In this document: in pieces, positions 24,733 through 34,453 of the stretch
Numbering within the stretch: the first letter of the stretch is position 1
How the letters are laid out: every line of letters begins with the position of its first letter
Assembly: GCA_029936885.1 (NCBI GenBank)
Contig: JAPYRR010000002.1
Coordinates: forward strand, 1-61,152
Length of the DNA: 61,152 bases
Source of the DNA: Fidelibacterota bacterium
Lineage (GTDB): Bacteria > Fidelibacterota > Marinisomatia > Marinisomatales > UBA1611
Reading direction: 5' to 3'
The notes under the pieces: model-generated
Database searches by the model: none
The model's input: only the letters and a program-made list of their open reading frames with translations
What the model was told of the DNA's origin: nothing
Program-made: the position numbers and the translations under genes

Positions 24733-26076
24733 TTAATGCCCATTCGCCTTCAATTCATCTGCGATTAAAAAAGCCATTTCAATGGCTTGATTTGCATTCA
24801 GTCTTGGATCACAATGGGTTCGGTATCTATCAGTCAAATCTGCTTCAGAAATTTCATCGAGTCCACCAGTACATTCGGTTACATTTTGTCCCGTCATTTC
24901 CAAATGGATTCCCCCAATTCGAGAGCCTTCCGATTTATGGATTTGGATATTCTGTTTCACTTCATCAATAATTCTATCGAAGGGTCTCGTCTTAATTCCG
25001 TTGCTACTTTTGATTGTATTTCCGTGCATGGGGTCGCAAGACCAAACAACAGTTCGACCTTCCGTCTGAATCTTCCGAATCAATTTAGGCAGGTAGGATT
25101 CCACTTTATCATGGCCAAATCTGGCAATGAGCGTAATTCGTCCACCTTCATCATTGGGATTCAAAATATCCAACAATTCAATAAGTTCATCCGGATCCAA
25201 AGATGGACCGCACTTAATACCAATTGGGTTTTTAATCCCACGACAAAACTCCACATGTGCACTACCTTTGAAGCGGGTACGATCCCCGATCCAGACAAAA
25301 TGAGCCGATGTATTATAAATGTCTCCAGATGTAGAATCCACGCGGGTGAGCGCTTCTTCATAAGGGAGCAAAAGTGCTTCGTGACTTGTGTAATAATGGA
25401 CTCGCCGAAGTTGGGGCGTGTTGGTGGAATTGATCCCCAGCGCTTCCATGAAATTTAGACTTTCCTGAATCTGGTGTGCTAGATGTCGATACCGTTCACC
25501 CTGGGGACCGCTTTTTACAAAACCCATATTCCAGGAATTCACATGTCGCAGATCGGCGTAACCACCATCGGCAAAAGCGCGGAGCAAATTCAGTGTAGAA
25601 GCTGCTTGGGAATACGCTTTCAGCATCCGTTCCGGATTGGGCTGGCGCTTCTCCGGATCGAAACGAATATCATTAATAATATCACCGGTATAACTGGGAA
25701 GTTCAACGCCGTCAATGGTTTCTGTTTTGCTGGATCGGGGTTTGGCGAACTGGCCTGCCATACGTCCCAGTTTGACCACGGGCAGATTCGCTCCGGATGT
25801 CAGGATTACTGCCATTTGAAGGATTACCCGAAATGTGTCCCGGATATTATCTGCGTGAAATTCAGAAAAACTTTCGGCACAATCTCCGCCTTGAAGCAAA
25901 AATCCATTTCCTTCCGCCACATCCGACAATGACCGTTTTAAGGAACGAACTTCTCCGGCAAATACGAGTGGTGGAAAATTCCCCAGCGTCTTTTCAACTT
26001 CTGATAAATGGTCCTGATCCGGGTAATCGGGAATATGTTTGGCATTAAAATTTCGCCAGCTATCAGCCTTCCACAT
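24733..26076 (-). CDS. class II (plant/actinobacterial type) 3-deoxy-7-phosphoheptulonate (DAHP) synthase
   Basis: 447 aa with N-terminal WR....A.Q.P.YPD pattern, GGDCAESF and KPRS motifs of class II DAHPS. Confidence 0.9.
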   Translation of the reverse strand: MWKADSWRNFNAKHIPDYPDQDHLSEVEKTLGNFPPLVFAGEVRSLKRSLSDVAEGNGFLLQGGDCAESFSEFHADNIRDTFRVILQMAVILTSGANLPVVKLGRMAGQFAKPRSSKTETIDGVELPSYTGDIINDIRFDPEKRQPNPERMLKAYSQAASTLNLLRAFADGGYADLRHVNSWNMGFVKSGPQGERYRHLAHQIQESLNFMEALGINSTNTPQLRRVHYYTSHEALLLPYEEALTRVDSTSGDIYNTSAHFVWIGDRTRFKGSAHVEFCRGIKNPIGIKCGPSLDPDELIELLDILNPNDEGGRITLIARFGHDKVESYLPKLIRKIQTEGRTVVWSCDPMHGNTIKSSNGIKTRPFDRIIDEVKQNIQIHKSEGSRIGGIHLEMTGQNVTECTGGLDEISEADLTDRYRTHCDPRLNANQAIEMAFLIADELKANGH

Positions 26077-26800
26077 TTTGTAATTCCTTTAGGCGATTAT
26101 CTAAAGATGCTGTCGCCATTTTAAGTTTATTAATCATTTCGTCCGTGTACGGATTGTAAAGTTGCAAATCTGTATAGAGTTCCCATGTGTCGTTACATGT
26201 TTGATCGACCAAATCCAATAAATCTCTAAATCCCTGTGTGTCTATGGTTGTTTTGCGGATACCATATTCCTTCAACATTCGTCCCAAAAAGTGAGTGACG
26301 CCTTGGGTTTGGGACGCCATGCGATCGTGTTGATCCGGTGACATTTCCATCACGTGGATGCCTTGATCCGTGAAAAATTGCCGCCAAAAATTAAATTGAT
26401 CATGCGTGTCTCTAGTATTGTTCATCATCATTTTCAGCCGATTATTGGATATGAATGAATCAGGTCCAAACATAGGGTGTGTTGCAATAATGCCTATATT
26501 TTCAGGAAGATTATTTTCCATTATTTCTGCAGGATGCGTTTTTACAGAGCATACATCAATGATAGTTGTCTCTTTCGAAAGATATGGAGAAATTTCTTTG
26601 ACTATAGATTCAAAGTGCCGAATCGGCACAGCAATAAAAATAACTTTTTCTTTCAATACAGATTCCAGATTCGCGAATTCAACTCCGGGGAAAGCACCAA
26701 TGGGTTTTGGATCGTACGCTTTGATAGCGAATCCTTTTTGCAATATATTGGCCAATACCTTTCCAAATCGACCAAATCCGATAATACCGATACTGTTCAT
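26063..26800 (-). CDS. tyrA: prephenate (or arogenate) dehydrogenase
   Basis: 245 aa with N-terminal GIIGFGRFG dinucleotide fold and a TyrA-like HP.FGP block. Confidence 0.8.
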   Translation of the reverse strand: MNSIGIIGFGRFGKVLANILQKGFAIKAYDPKPIGAFPGVEFANLESVLKEKVIFIAVPIRHFESIVKEISPYLSKETTIIDVCSVKTHPAEIMENNLPENIGIIATHPMFGPDSFISNNRLKMMMNNTRDTHDQFNFWRQFFTDQGIHVMEMSPDQHDRMASQTQGVTHFLGRMLKEYGIRKTTIDTQGFRDLLDLVDQTCNDTWELYTDLQLYNPYTDEMINKLKMATASLDNRLKELQNVEG

Positions 26801-27366
26801 GAATCTCCCAATTTTTTGATGCCAAGGAATAGAGTTAAATTGTGTTTCAGGTCATGAATACTTTCTTGGAGAATTTCTAATCCATACAAATCAGCACACG
26901 CTTTATTGGCAATCACCCCTGAAGTTTTGGGCAGCTTTCCTTCAGATAATCTCCGAGCGGCTTCAGCTGTGTCATCGTCTTCAATCAAGGGTCGCGTCCA
27001 AAAATGTTCACTTAAATAATCTTTACATTGTCGTAATGCTTGCGGGTGAGAATGGATTTCGGTTATATCCCCCACATGCATTCCTGCAAGGCCAAGTAGG
27101 TTTTGGATAATAGGAATATGAAACATTTCAATAATGTCGCAACGGTATTTTGCCAGCGCTTCCACACTTTCGATTACCACGCCCCCTTGTGCATTTTCCA
27201 TGGCAAATATACCGTAATTTGTTTCGCCATTTTCAACACCGGCCAATACATGCTCCGATGAAATTTGGTAAACAATTTCGGCCCCTTCTAGCCCGTGATT
27301 ATTAGAAAATTCGTGAGCAGCTTGTTCCGAAAAACTACCTTTCCCGCCTTGGATTCCAATTGTCAT
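26797..27366 (-). CDS. pheA: prephenate dehydratase, catalytic domain only (no ACT domain)
   Basis: 189 aa with PDT-domain features (GGKGSFSEQAA, ENAQGGVV, SHPQALRQC). It ends before any ACT regulatory domain. Confidence 0.8.
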   Translation of the reverse strand: MTIGIQGGKGSFSEQAAHEFSNNHGLEGAEIVYQISSEHVLAGVENGETNYGIFAMENAQGGVVIESVEALAKYRCDIIEMFHIPIIQNLLGLAGMHVGDITEIHSHPQALRQCKDYLSEHFWTRPLIEDDDTAEAARRLSEGKLPKTSGVIANKACADLYGLEILQESIHDLKHNLTLFLGIKKLGDS

Positions 27367-28136
27367 TATATATTTCCTTTCAAAATTTTTATTAATAATT
27401 CAGTCGCATTTACAGGGTCGGATTTACCTACCATATTTTTAATAATTGATGATCCGACCACGGCACCATCTGAATGTTTATTGAACCAAACCACATCGTC
27501 TCTAGAGCTAATTCCAAACCCCACTACAAATGGGGTTACACTATTTGCGCGAACACGATTCAAATAATCGGCCAAGGCATCCTTGGATGCTAAATTATTT
27601 CCGGTAATACCCAAAATGCTCACAGCATAAATGAGATCGCCCGCCAATCCTGATATTTTTTTAATGCGTTCATTGGGCGAATTAGGCGCCACCAATAAAA
27701 TAGGAGAGACACCTTTGGCTTTGGCCAATTCACAAAATGGCGTTGCTTCTTCTAAGGGCAAATCGGGGAGAATCACTCCATTGACACCGACGGAAACACA
27801 GCGATTTAAAAAAGTTTCATGTCCCATTTTCAAGATTGGGTTGTAATACCCCATGAGTGATATGGGGACGTCCGTTCTTTTCCGAATCTGTATCACTTGT
27901 TCAAATATTTTGTTTAGCGTCATCCCATTGTCCAACGCTTGTTGACTGGATTTCTGGATGACGGGACCATCCGCTTGTGGATCAGAAAATGGGATTCCAA
28001 TTTCAACCATATCAGCGCCACTTTCTGCCGCGGCGCAAACTAATTCAACTGTACTCTCTAATTTCGGATAACCGGCAGTAAGAAATGGAATCAATTTTTC
28101 TTTCGGTTCCCTAAATAATTTTTGGATGCGATTCAT
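27366..28136 (-). CDS. trpA: tryptophan synthase alpha chain
   Basis: 256 aa with [26 protein letters not shown] and GFGIS motifs. Confidence 0.95.
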   Translation of the reverse strand: MNRIQKLFREPKEKLIPFLTAGYPKLESTVELVCAAAESGADMVEIGIPFSDPQADGPVIQKSSQQALDNGMTLNKIFEQVIQIRKRTDVPISLMGYYNPILKMGHETFLNRCVSVGVNGVILPDLPLEEATPFCELAKAKGVSPILLVAPNSPNERIKKISGLAGDLIYAVSILGITGNNLASKDALADYLNRVRANSVTPFVVGFGISSRDDVVWFNKHSDGAVVGSSIIKNMVGKSDPVNATELLIKILKGNI

Positions 28137-29341
28137 AAGTTGATCCCTAATGCGTCTGCAACAGTATGAACGTCTTTATCACCGCGTCCTGAAAGGCAAA
28201 CGACTACATGTTCATCAGGTTCAATTCCGTTATTTTCCTGACGTAAATATGCCAAAGCATGTGCCGATTCTAATGCCGGTAAAATACCTTCTTTTTCGGA
28301 TAACCATTGGAAGGCATCTAACGCTTCTTCGTCTGTAGCTGAAAAATATTTTACTCGTCCAGATTCATTCAAATAGCTATGCTCCGGACCAATTCCGGGA
28401 TAATCTAAACCTGCGGAAATAGAATGGGGGAGCGTCACTTGCCCGTCTTCATTTTGGAGTAATGTACTTGCAGCGCCGTGCAAAACCCCGAAGTCACCCT
28501 TGGTTAAAGTTGCGGCATGTTCACCTGACTCTAATCCTTTGCCAGCGGCTTCAACGCCAACAATTTTTACATCATCTTTCAAAAAGGGATAAAAAAGGCC
28601 CATGGCATTTGACCCACCGCCGATGCATGCCACCAATCTATCCGGCAATTCTCTATTGGACTGATTTGCAAATTGCTGTTTGGTCTCTATGCCAATAACG
28701 GATTGAAAATCTCGAACCAACATTGGATATGGATGGGGTCCAACGGTAGAGCCGATTAAATAATAAGTGGATTCCACATTGGTGACCCAATCACGAATTG
28801 CTTCGTTGGTGGCATCTTTCAGGGTCATGCTCCCGGAAGAAACGGGCCGAACTTCTGCGCCTAGCAAATTCATGCGGAATACATTTAATTTTTGTCGGCG
28901 AATATCTTCTTTGCCTATGTATACAATACATTCTAACCCGAAACGCGCCGCCACAGTTGCGGTTGCTACACCATGCTGACCGGCGCCGGTTTCAGCAATA
29001 ATCCGTTTTTTACCCATGCGATTTGCGAGCAGAATCTGTCCCAATGCATTGTTGATTTTATGGGCACCGGTGTGGTTTAGATCTTCTCGCTTGAGCCACA
29101 CATTAAATCCCAATTCTTTCGAGATGCGATCGGCAAAATACAAGGCTGTTTTTCGTCCGGAATAATGTTTTAAAAGATGATTTAATTCCTGTTGAAATGC
29201 GTTATCAGTTTTTGCTTCATCGTAATAACGTTCCAATTCTTCCAGCGCTGGGATGAGTGTCTCAGGAACGAACTTGCCACCGAATTTCTCAAAATGACCC
29301 CGGGCGTCTGGTAGGTTGTAGTCTTTAAATTTATTTTTCAT
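28133..29341 (-). CDS. trpB: tryptophan synthase beta chain
   Basis: 402 aa with [16 protein letters not shown] (PLP lysine) and GGGSNAMG motifs. Confidence 0.97.
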   Translation of the reverse strand: MKNKFKDYNLPDARGHFEKFGGKFVPETLIPALEELERYYDEAKTDNAFQQELNHLLKHYSGRKTALYFADRISKELGFNVWLKREDLNHTGAHKINNALGQILLANRMGKKRIIAETGAGQHGVATATVAARFGLECIVYIGKEDIRRQKLNVFRMNLLGAEVRPVSSGSMTLKDATNEAIRDWVTNVESTYYLIGSTVGPHPYPMLVRDFQSVIGIETKQQFANQSNRELPDRLVACIGGGSNAMGLFYPFLKDDVKIVGVEAAGKGLESGEHAATLTKGDFGVLHGAASTLLQNEDGQVTLPHSISAGLDYPGIGPEHSYLNESGRVKYFSATDEEALDAFQWLSEKEGILPALESAHALAYLRQENNGIEPDEHVVVCLSGRGDKDVHTVADALGINL

Positions 29342-29353
29342 AGTAAATACGTG

Positions 29354-30034
29354 TTAGTGTGTTCCTGTATTAATGTGTTCGTGAACACCCGAGCACTTAA
29401 ACACATTAACACTTCCTAAATTATTTCCTGTGTTTTTAACTTGGTTGAAAAGTTGTTCAATTTTTGAATGATCTTTTATTCCCGGCGATGATTCCACACC
29501 GCTGTTTACGTCCACCGCTGATGGATTCACTGCTGCGATCGCAGCTAAAATATTATCGGGATTGAGTCCACCAGACAAAATGATTGGCATGTCCGTTTTA
29601 TCTTTTAATAAGGTCCAGTCAAATGTCACACCCGTGCCGCCATATTCATCATTTGAATAGGTGTCCAGAAGGAATCCATCCACATCATAATCAATCATGA
29701 TTGATAGACTTTTTTCATTTTTGATTCGGATTGCTTTAAGAATAGGGACATTAAACTGATCGCAGAATTCAGGTGTTTCATCACCATGAAGTTGAATCAT
29801 ATCTAATGGAATTTCAGAAATGGCATCGTCGATAAATTCTTTTTTATGATTCACAAAAACGCCCACCCGAGAAACAGATTTCGATAATTGGTCTGAAATG
29901 GATTTTGCATTTTTGATAGATATGGCTCTTGGACTTTTATCATAAAAAATAAACCCAAGCGCTGAAGCGCCATTTTTTACAGCAACTTTTGCATCTGCCA
30001 AGTTTGTGATACCGCAAATCTTGGTTGGAATCAT
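29354..30034 (-). CDS. trpF: phosphoribosylanthranilate isomerase
   Basis: 226 aa with KICGIT and QLHG motifs. The last roughly 20 codons (..GSVNVFKCSGVHEHINTGTH) are encoded by an intergenic hairpin repeat and are probably not ancestral. Confidence 0.88.
   Translation of the reverse strand: MIPTKICGITNLADAKVAVKNGASALGFIFYDKSPRAISIKNAKSISDQLSKSVSRVGVFVNHKKEFIDDAISEIPLDMIQLHGDETPEFCDQFNVPILKAIRIKNEKSLSIMIDYDVDGFLLDTYSNDEYGGTGVTFDWTLLKDKTDMPIILSGGLNPDNILAAIAAVNPSAVDVNSGVESSPGIKDHSKIEQLFNQVKNTGNNLGSVNVFKCSGVHEHINTGTH
29367..29412 (-). repeat. ACAC/GTGT-rich 13-bp-stem hairpin at the trpF-trpB junction
   Basis: GTATTAATGTGTT (29367-29379) and AACACATTAACAC (29400-29412) are inverted copies. The match is 12/13 on DNA and fully paired with one G-U on the minus-strand RNA. 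Confidence 0.55.
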
Positions 30035-30792
30035 AAGAGTCTCCCAAGCAATGTCTCCAATGCTTTTCCCGGATTTCCGGTCTTCATGAGCGATGTGCCA
30101 ATGAGTGCTGCATCATAGCCAAGGTCAGAAATATATTTTAAATCATCGGATGTAGAAATGCCGCTTTCGGCCACTTTCACAGAATCGGATGGAAGCGACG
30201 AAATCATTTTTTCAAAATAAGAAATATCGGTAGTCATTGTTTTTAAATTACGACAATTCACTCCCACAATGTCCGGCACAAGTTGTGCGACAATTTCTGC
30301 ATGTTCTTCGCCGTGGAATTCTACCAGCGATTCTAATCCAATCTTGTTTCCATATTCAATTAAGGATTTTAATTCGTTAGCATTCAATGCTTCAGCAATC
30401 AATAAAAATGCGTCTGCCCCAATAGCCCCGGCTTCCACAATTTGATGGTCGCTAATGATAAAATCTTTCCGCAGGACGGGGATGGAAACAGCCTTTTTAA
30501 CCGCTTTCAAAATATCGACATGTCCACCGAAGAATTGTTCATCCGTCAAAACAGATATTGCTGCGGCTCCGGCCGATTCGTAATCTTTTGCAATTTGAAC
30601 CGGATCAGCATTGGGTAGGATTTCGCCTTCACTTGGGGACTTCATTTTGATTTCGGCGATAATGGAAATTCCCGGTACTGATAAAGCATCTTTTAAACTA
30701 TGCGTTTCAAAATGGTCAATATCGCTTAAACATGGAATCATTCGTTCCATTTCTTTGTGCTTCACTTCTAATATTTGTTTGAGAATATTCAT
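30031..30792 (-). CDS. trpC: indole-3-glycerol-phosphate synthase
   Basis: 253 aa with IAEIKMKSPS, LRKDFI and NCRNL motifs. Confidence 0.93.
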   Translation of the reverse strand: MNILKQILEVKHKEMERMIPCLSDIDHFETHSLKDALSVPGISIIAEIKMKSPSEGEILPNADPVQIAKDYESAGAAAISVLTDEQFFGGHVDILKAVKKAVSIPVLRKDFIISDHQIVEAGAIGADAFLLIAEALNANELKSLIEYGNKIGLESLVEFHGEEHAEIVAQLVPDIVGVNCRNLKTMTTDISYFEKMISSLPSDSVKVAESGISTSDDLKYISDLGYDAALIGTSLMKTGNPGKALETLLGRLL

Positions 30793-31784
30793 TTTGCCAA
30801 TTGGTTTAATACGTTAAGTGCCGCGCCTGAATCCACCGCTTCTGTAGCTTTCGCTAATCCTTCTTTTAAGTTTTCCGCTTTACCGCCCACTACAATTCCT
30901 GCCGCAGCATTGAGTAAAACTATGTCCCGCTTTGGCCCCTTTGCGCCATTCAAAATTTCTCGAATAATTTCTGCGTTTTCGTTTGGCTTGCCACCCTTTA
31001 AGTCATTTAGAGAAACCCGTTCTATTTCCAATTCAGTGGCATCAAATTCAAATGTATTTACATCACTACCCCCTTGAATTTGGCTGATCTTAGTAGTAGT
31101 GGTGGTGGAAATCTCGTCCAATCCATCTCTGCCGTGAAAAATCATTACATCCGTGGAGCCTAATGCTCTCAAAACATTTGCTTGAACTTCTGTCAAATCC
31201 GGATGAAAGATACCCATGACTTGAGCCTTCACATCAGCAGGGTTGCATAAGGGTCCTAAAATATTAAATACGGTTCGCGTGGCCAATGCTTTCCGGGCGC
31301 CAATGGCGTGTTTCATGGCGGGGTGGTAAGCGGGGGCGAACATGAATCCCAGTCCAATCTCTTCTATCTCTTTAGTTGATTCTTCCACCAATTTATCAAT
31401 AGAAATTCCCAATGCTTGGAGCACATCGGCCGAACCCGATTTTGATGTCATGGAGCGATTTCCGTGTTTTGCTACATGAACGCCTGCGCCGGCCACCACA
31501 AATGTAGCAGCTGTAGTAATATTGAATGTGCCAAGCGCATCGCCACCGGTTCCGCACATATCAATTGCTGGAGAACCTAGTGGAACTGTAACCATTTTTT
31601 CCCGCATGGCTTGGGCGAATCCGGTGATTTCATCCACCGTTTCACCTTTTGCCCGGAGCGCCATTAAGAATCCGGCGATTTGTGCATCGTCATATTTTCC
31701 CGACATGATAGAAAGCATCACATTGAAGGATTCTTCTCGCGTGAGATTTTGTTTATTGAGTAATTGTTCTAATATTTGTTTCAT
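30789..31784 (-). CDS. trpD: anthranilate phosphoribosyltransferase
   Basis: CGTGGD, KHGNRS and SGSADVL motifs are present. I start it at ATG 31784 (MKQILEQLL). The track's 18 extra N-terminal codons (MCYENLFRVFCVFRGRKQ, to 31838) are read-through of an inverted repeat and overlap the GxxExxY gene. Confidence 0.9.
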   Translation of the reverse strand: MKQILEQLLNKQNLTREESFNVMLSIMSGKYDDAQIAGFLMALRAKGETVDEITGFAQAMREKMVTVPLGSPAIDMCGTGGDALGTFNITTAATFVVAGAGVHVAKHGNRSMTSKSGSADVLQALGISIDKLVEESTKEIEEIGLGFMFAPAYHPAMKHAIGARKALATRTVFNILGPLCNPADVKAQVMGIFHPDLTEVQANVLRALGSTDVMIFHGRDGLDEISTTTTTKISQIQGGSDVNTFEFDATELEIERVSLNDLKGGKPNENAEIIREILNGAKGPKRDIVLLNAAAGIVVGGKAENLKEGLAKATEAVDSGAALNVLNQLAK

Positions 31785-31793
31785 TTGTTTTCT

Positions 31794-32250
31794 ACCACGG
31801 AATACACAAAAAACACGGAATAAATTTTCATAACACATACCTTTCGTGTTCTATCTTTGGGAAATACCCAAAATTGATTAATAAGCCTAATCTCATGTTT
31901 GTTGCATTAAGATAATTAATGATTTGGTCGCGAAATTCATTATTTAATTTTGATACAGCTTTAATTTCTATAATGATTTTTTCAAAACACAAAAAGTCAG
32001 GTTTGTAAATTTTATCTAATTTTTGACCCTTGTAATTAAGTTCAACGATTTTTTGTGCATCAAAAGGAATCCCTTGAAGAGTTAATTCTTTCTCTAAACA
32101 TTCTTGATAAACTGGTTCTAAAAATCTACAACCCATTTCTTTATAGACTTCAAAACAGGCCCCGATAATTTTATAGCTTTCTTCTTTGTAGATTAGTTCA
32201 GTCATTTTAGAGCCCTTTTTTCATTTCGTGTTTTCCGTGTGTTTTGTGGT
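31794..32250. mobile_element. 457-bp insertion bounded by 27-bp imperfect inverted repeats and carrying only a GxxExxY gene
   Basis: ACCACGGAATACACAAAAAACACGGAA (31794-31820) is compared with the reverse complement of 32224-32250 (ACCACAAAACACACGGAAAACACGAAA). Identity is 21/27 in inverted orientation, exactly flanking ORF 31828..32205 inside the trp operon. Confidence 0.55.
31828..32205 (-). CDS. GxxExxY family protein (PD-(D/E)XK-like fold family)
   Basis: 125 aa with N-terminal IIGACFEVYKEMG (GxxExxY motif), D..(x)..EIKA core and C-terminal GLLINFG, all typical of this family. Confidence 0.8.
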   Translation of the reverse strand: MTELIYKEESYKIIGACFEVYKEMGCRFLEPVYQECLEKELTLQGIPFDAQKIVELNYKGQKLDKIYKPDFLCFEKIIIEIKAVSKLNNEFRDQIINYLNATNMRLGLLINFGYFPKIEHERYVL

Positions 32251-32814
32251 CTCAATATTTAAAAAGTTTTGAATAATCTGTATTCCATTTTCTGTTGCAA
32301 TAGATTCTGGATGAAACTGCACCCCAAAAACCGGATTAGTTTCGTGTTCAATCCCCATGATGAGCTCATTTTCTAGTTCGGCTGTAATTATTAATTCTTT
32401 CGGTAAACTATCCCGTTCTGCTACTAAGGAATGATATCGCGTTGCTGTAAAGGAGCTATCTAACTTATTAAATAACGTGGATCCATTGTGTTGAATCATT
32501 GCTGTTTTACCATGAACAATTTCTGATGAATGGACGACTGTTCCACCGTAAGCCACGGTGATTGCTTGATGACCAAGACAAACCCCAAGGATTGGAATTG
32601 ATGCACCATATTTTTGTATGACCATTACAGAATTCCCCGCATCTTCCGGGCGTCCCGGTCCGGGGGAAATAACAATGTGCGATGGATTCCAATTATCAAT
32701 TTCTTCCAAGTTAAATTGGTCGTTCCGCACCACTTTTACATTTGGATTGATTGTCCCAATATATTGCACCAGGTTGTAGGTAAACGAATCGTAGTTGTCG
32801 ATAACCAAAATCAT
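32221..32814 (-). CDS. trpG: anthranilate synthase component II (glutamine amidotransferase)
   Basis: 197 aa with GVCLGHQ and FHPES motifs. The last 9 codons (TTKHTENTK) and the stop are supplied by the inverted repeat of the inserted element. Confidence 0.92.
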   Translation of the reverse strand: MILVIDNYDSFTYNLVQYIGTINPNVKVVRNDQFNLEEIDNWNPSHIVISPGPGRPEDAGNSVMVIQKYGASIPILGVCLGHQAITVAYGGTVVHSSEIVHGKTAMIQHNGSTLFNKLDSSFTATRYHSLVAERDSLPKELIITAELENELIMGIEHETNPVFGVQFHPESIATENGIQIIQNFLNIETTKHTENTK

Positions 32815-32899
32815 TATTTATGACCCCAGAAAAACCTTGCGACGGTTTCAAACCTTCGAAAGGATGAACTCAAAATATTCCCAGTAAAAATAAATAAAC

Positions 32900-34384
32900 T
32901 CATGCCACTAACCCATTCTCAGCAAAATCAATCGCTGCCATAATGGCTTTTGCCTTATTTACTGTTTCTTCAAATTCTTTTGTGGGGTCTGAATCATGAA
33001 CAATGCCGGCGCCAGATTGAAAATGGACCGTGCCATTTTTCATAATCATGGTTCGGATCGCAATGCACGTATTTACATTCCCGGTAAAATCAAAAAATCC
33101 CACGGCGCCGGAATAAATATCTCGGCGATCAGGTTCAAGGTCATGGATGATTTCCATGGCTCTAATTTTTGGTGCACCTGTAACAGTCCCTGCAGGAAAC
33201 CCGCTCATAAGCGCATCGAAGGGATCTTTATCCTTTGCCAATATTCCCTTCACATCAGAAACGATATGCATCACGTGGGAATAATTTTCAATCACCATAT
33301 TTTCAGGAATAGTGACCGAACCAAATTCGGCAACTCGTCCCACATCATTTCGCCCCAAATCCAAAAGCATCAAATGTTCGGCACATTCCTTTTCATCATT
33401 GATGAGATCATCAGCCAGGGCTCTGTCTTCTTCGTCAGTAAGTCCCCGTTGCCGTGTGCCGGCGATTGGGCGAATTTCCACGATCCCATCTTCCACTTTT
33501 ACCAATAATTCTGGGGACGCGCCAATAATATCAAAATCTTTAATTTTTAAATGGAACATGTAGGGTGATGGGTTGATGGTTCGTAATGCTCGATAAAGTG
33601 TTGTTGGCTCTACAGAAGTTTGTCGTTCAAATCGCTGGCTCAAGACCAATTGAAAAACGTCGCCATCCACAATATGTTCTTTTGCTTTTAGTACAGCTGA
33701 TTCGAATGTATCCTGATTAAAATTGGAAGACACTTCACTTTTTTCCACTCGGACCGGCGTTTGGTAATCCACATCAGAATGTAGAGATTCGCCAATGATA
33801 TCAATCCTGGAATGGGCTGCATCAAATTGTACTTTCAAATCTAGGTTTGAATCCACCTTTACATTGGAGATTACCAACGCCGAACCTTTCAGATGGTCAA
33901 AGGCAATCATATCTTCAAAAAGCATAAAAACTGCTTCGGGGACATCCATGGCAGAATCTGTGTGTGTAGGAATATCTTCTATCCAAGCAATGGTTTCGTA
34001 ACCGAGATAGCCCACCAACCCACCAGTGAAAGAAGGAATTTCCGGGAGTTTCACCATATTATATTGGGATTGTGTTTCCCGAAGTAAATCCAGAAAGGGC
34101 TTATCTATTTCAATGGATTTCCCATTTTCGGTGATACATGTTTGTCCGTCTTTATGAGATAATATCTTTTGCGGATTGATTCCCACATAAGAGTACCGCG
34201 CATATTGATTCCCTTTTTCTACCGACTCCAGCAAAAAGGCATATTCCGCTTTCTTGGAAAGATGAACCCACGCCGCTACCGGTGTAAGCAAATCAGCTAA
34301 TATCCGCTTATAGACGGGTACAGTCTTGGATCCGTGGGAAACCAAGTGCTTAAATTCGTCGAATGTGAGTTGTGTTTTATCCAT
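32900..34384 (-). CDS. trpE: anthranilate synthase component I
   Basis: About 494 aa with LLESV, GAPK and GAGIV motifs. I prefer ATG 34384 (MDKTQ); the track's TTG 34393 lies in the U-tract of the attenuator terminator. Confidence 0.93.
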   Translation of the reverse strand: MDKTQLTFDEFKHLVSHGSKTVPVYKRILADLLTPVAAWVHLSKKAEYAFLLESVEKGNQYARYSYVGINPQKILSHKDGQTCITENGKSIEIDKPFLDLLRETQSQYNMVKLPEIPSFTGGLVGYLGYETIAWIEDIPTHTDSAMDVPEAVFMLFEDMIAFDHLKGSALVISNVKVDSNLDLKVQFDAAHSRIDIIGESLHSDVDYQTPVRVEKSEVSSNFNQDTFESAVLKAKEHIVDGDVFQLVLSQRFERQTSVEPTTLYRALRTINPSPYMFHLKIKDFDIIGASPELLVKVEDGIVEIRPIAGTRQRGLTDEEDRALADDLINDEKECAEHLMLLDLGRNDVGRVAEFGSVTIPENMVIENYSHVMHIVSDVKGILAKDKDPFDALMSGFPAGTVTGAPKIRAMEIIHDLEPDRRDIYSGAVGFFDFTGNVNTCIAIRTMIMKNGTVHFQSGAGIVHDSDPTKEFEETVNKAKAIMAAIDFAENGLVA

Positions 34385-34391
34385 TTTGAGC

Positions 34392-34420
34392 AAAAAAAAA
34401 CCCCGAAATTATCAGGGTTT
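34392..34420 (-). terminator. attenuator terminator upstream of trpE
   Basis: The minus-strand RNA reads AAACCC(U) GAUAAUUUC (G)GGGUUU followed by a run of 9 U (34400-34392), ending 8 nt before the trpE ATG. The stem is short: 3 GC, 3 AU and a possible G-U. Confidence 0.55.
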
Positions 34421-34453
34421 AAGCATAGTCAGCATGTACAGGTATTCCTGGGA

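Noticed and set aside
24787-25458. 223-aa plus-strand ORF, together with 25483..25932 and 25797..26048
   Set aside because: They lie entirely antisense to the well-supported class II DAHP synthase gene, and their translations are low-complexity with no motifs. Long antisense frames are expected opposite a highly constrained gene.
26406-26857. Two overlapping plus-strand ORFs of 137 aa and 126 aa
   Set aside because: They are antisense to tyrA and the 5' end of pheA. They overlap each other in different frames and have no motifs.
31785-31838. 18-codon N-terminal extension of trpD (MCYENLFRVFCVFRGRKQ) in the ORF track
   Set aside because: It is encoded by the inverted repeat of the GxxExxY insertion and overlaps that gene's 3' end. 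Conserved TrpD sequence begins at MKQILEQLL.
32996-33508. 170-aa plus-strand ORF, together with 33312..33563, 33795..34001 and 33893..34087
   Set aside because: They are antisense to trpE and contain no recognisable domains, so I treat them as shadow ORFs.
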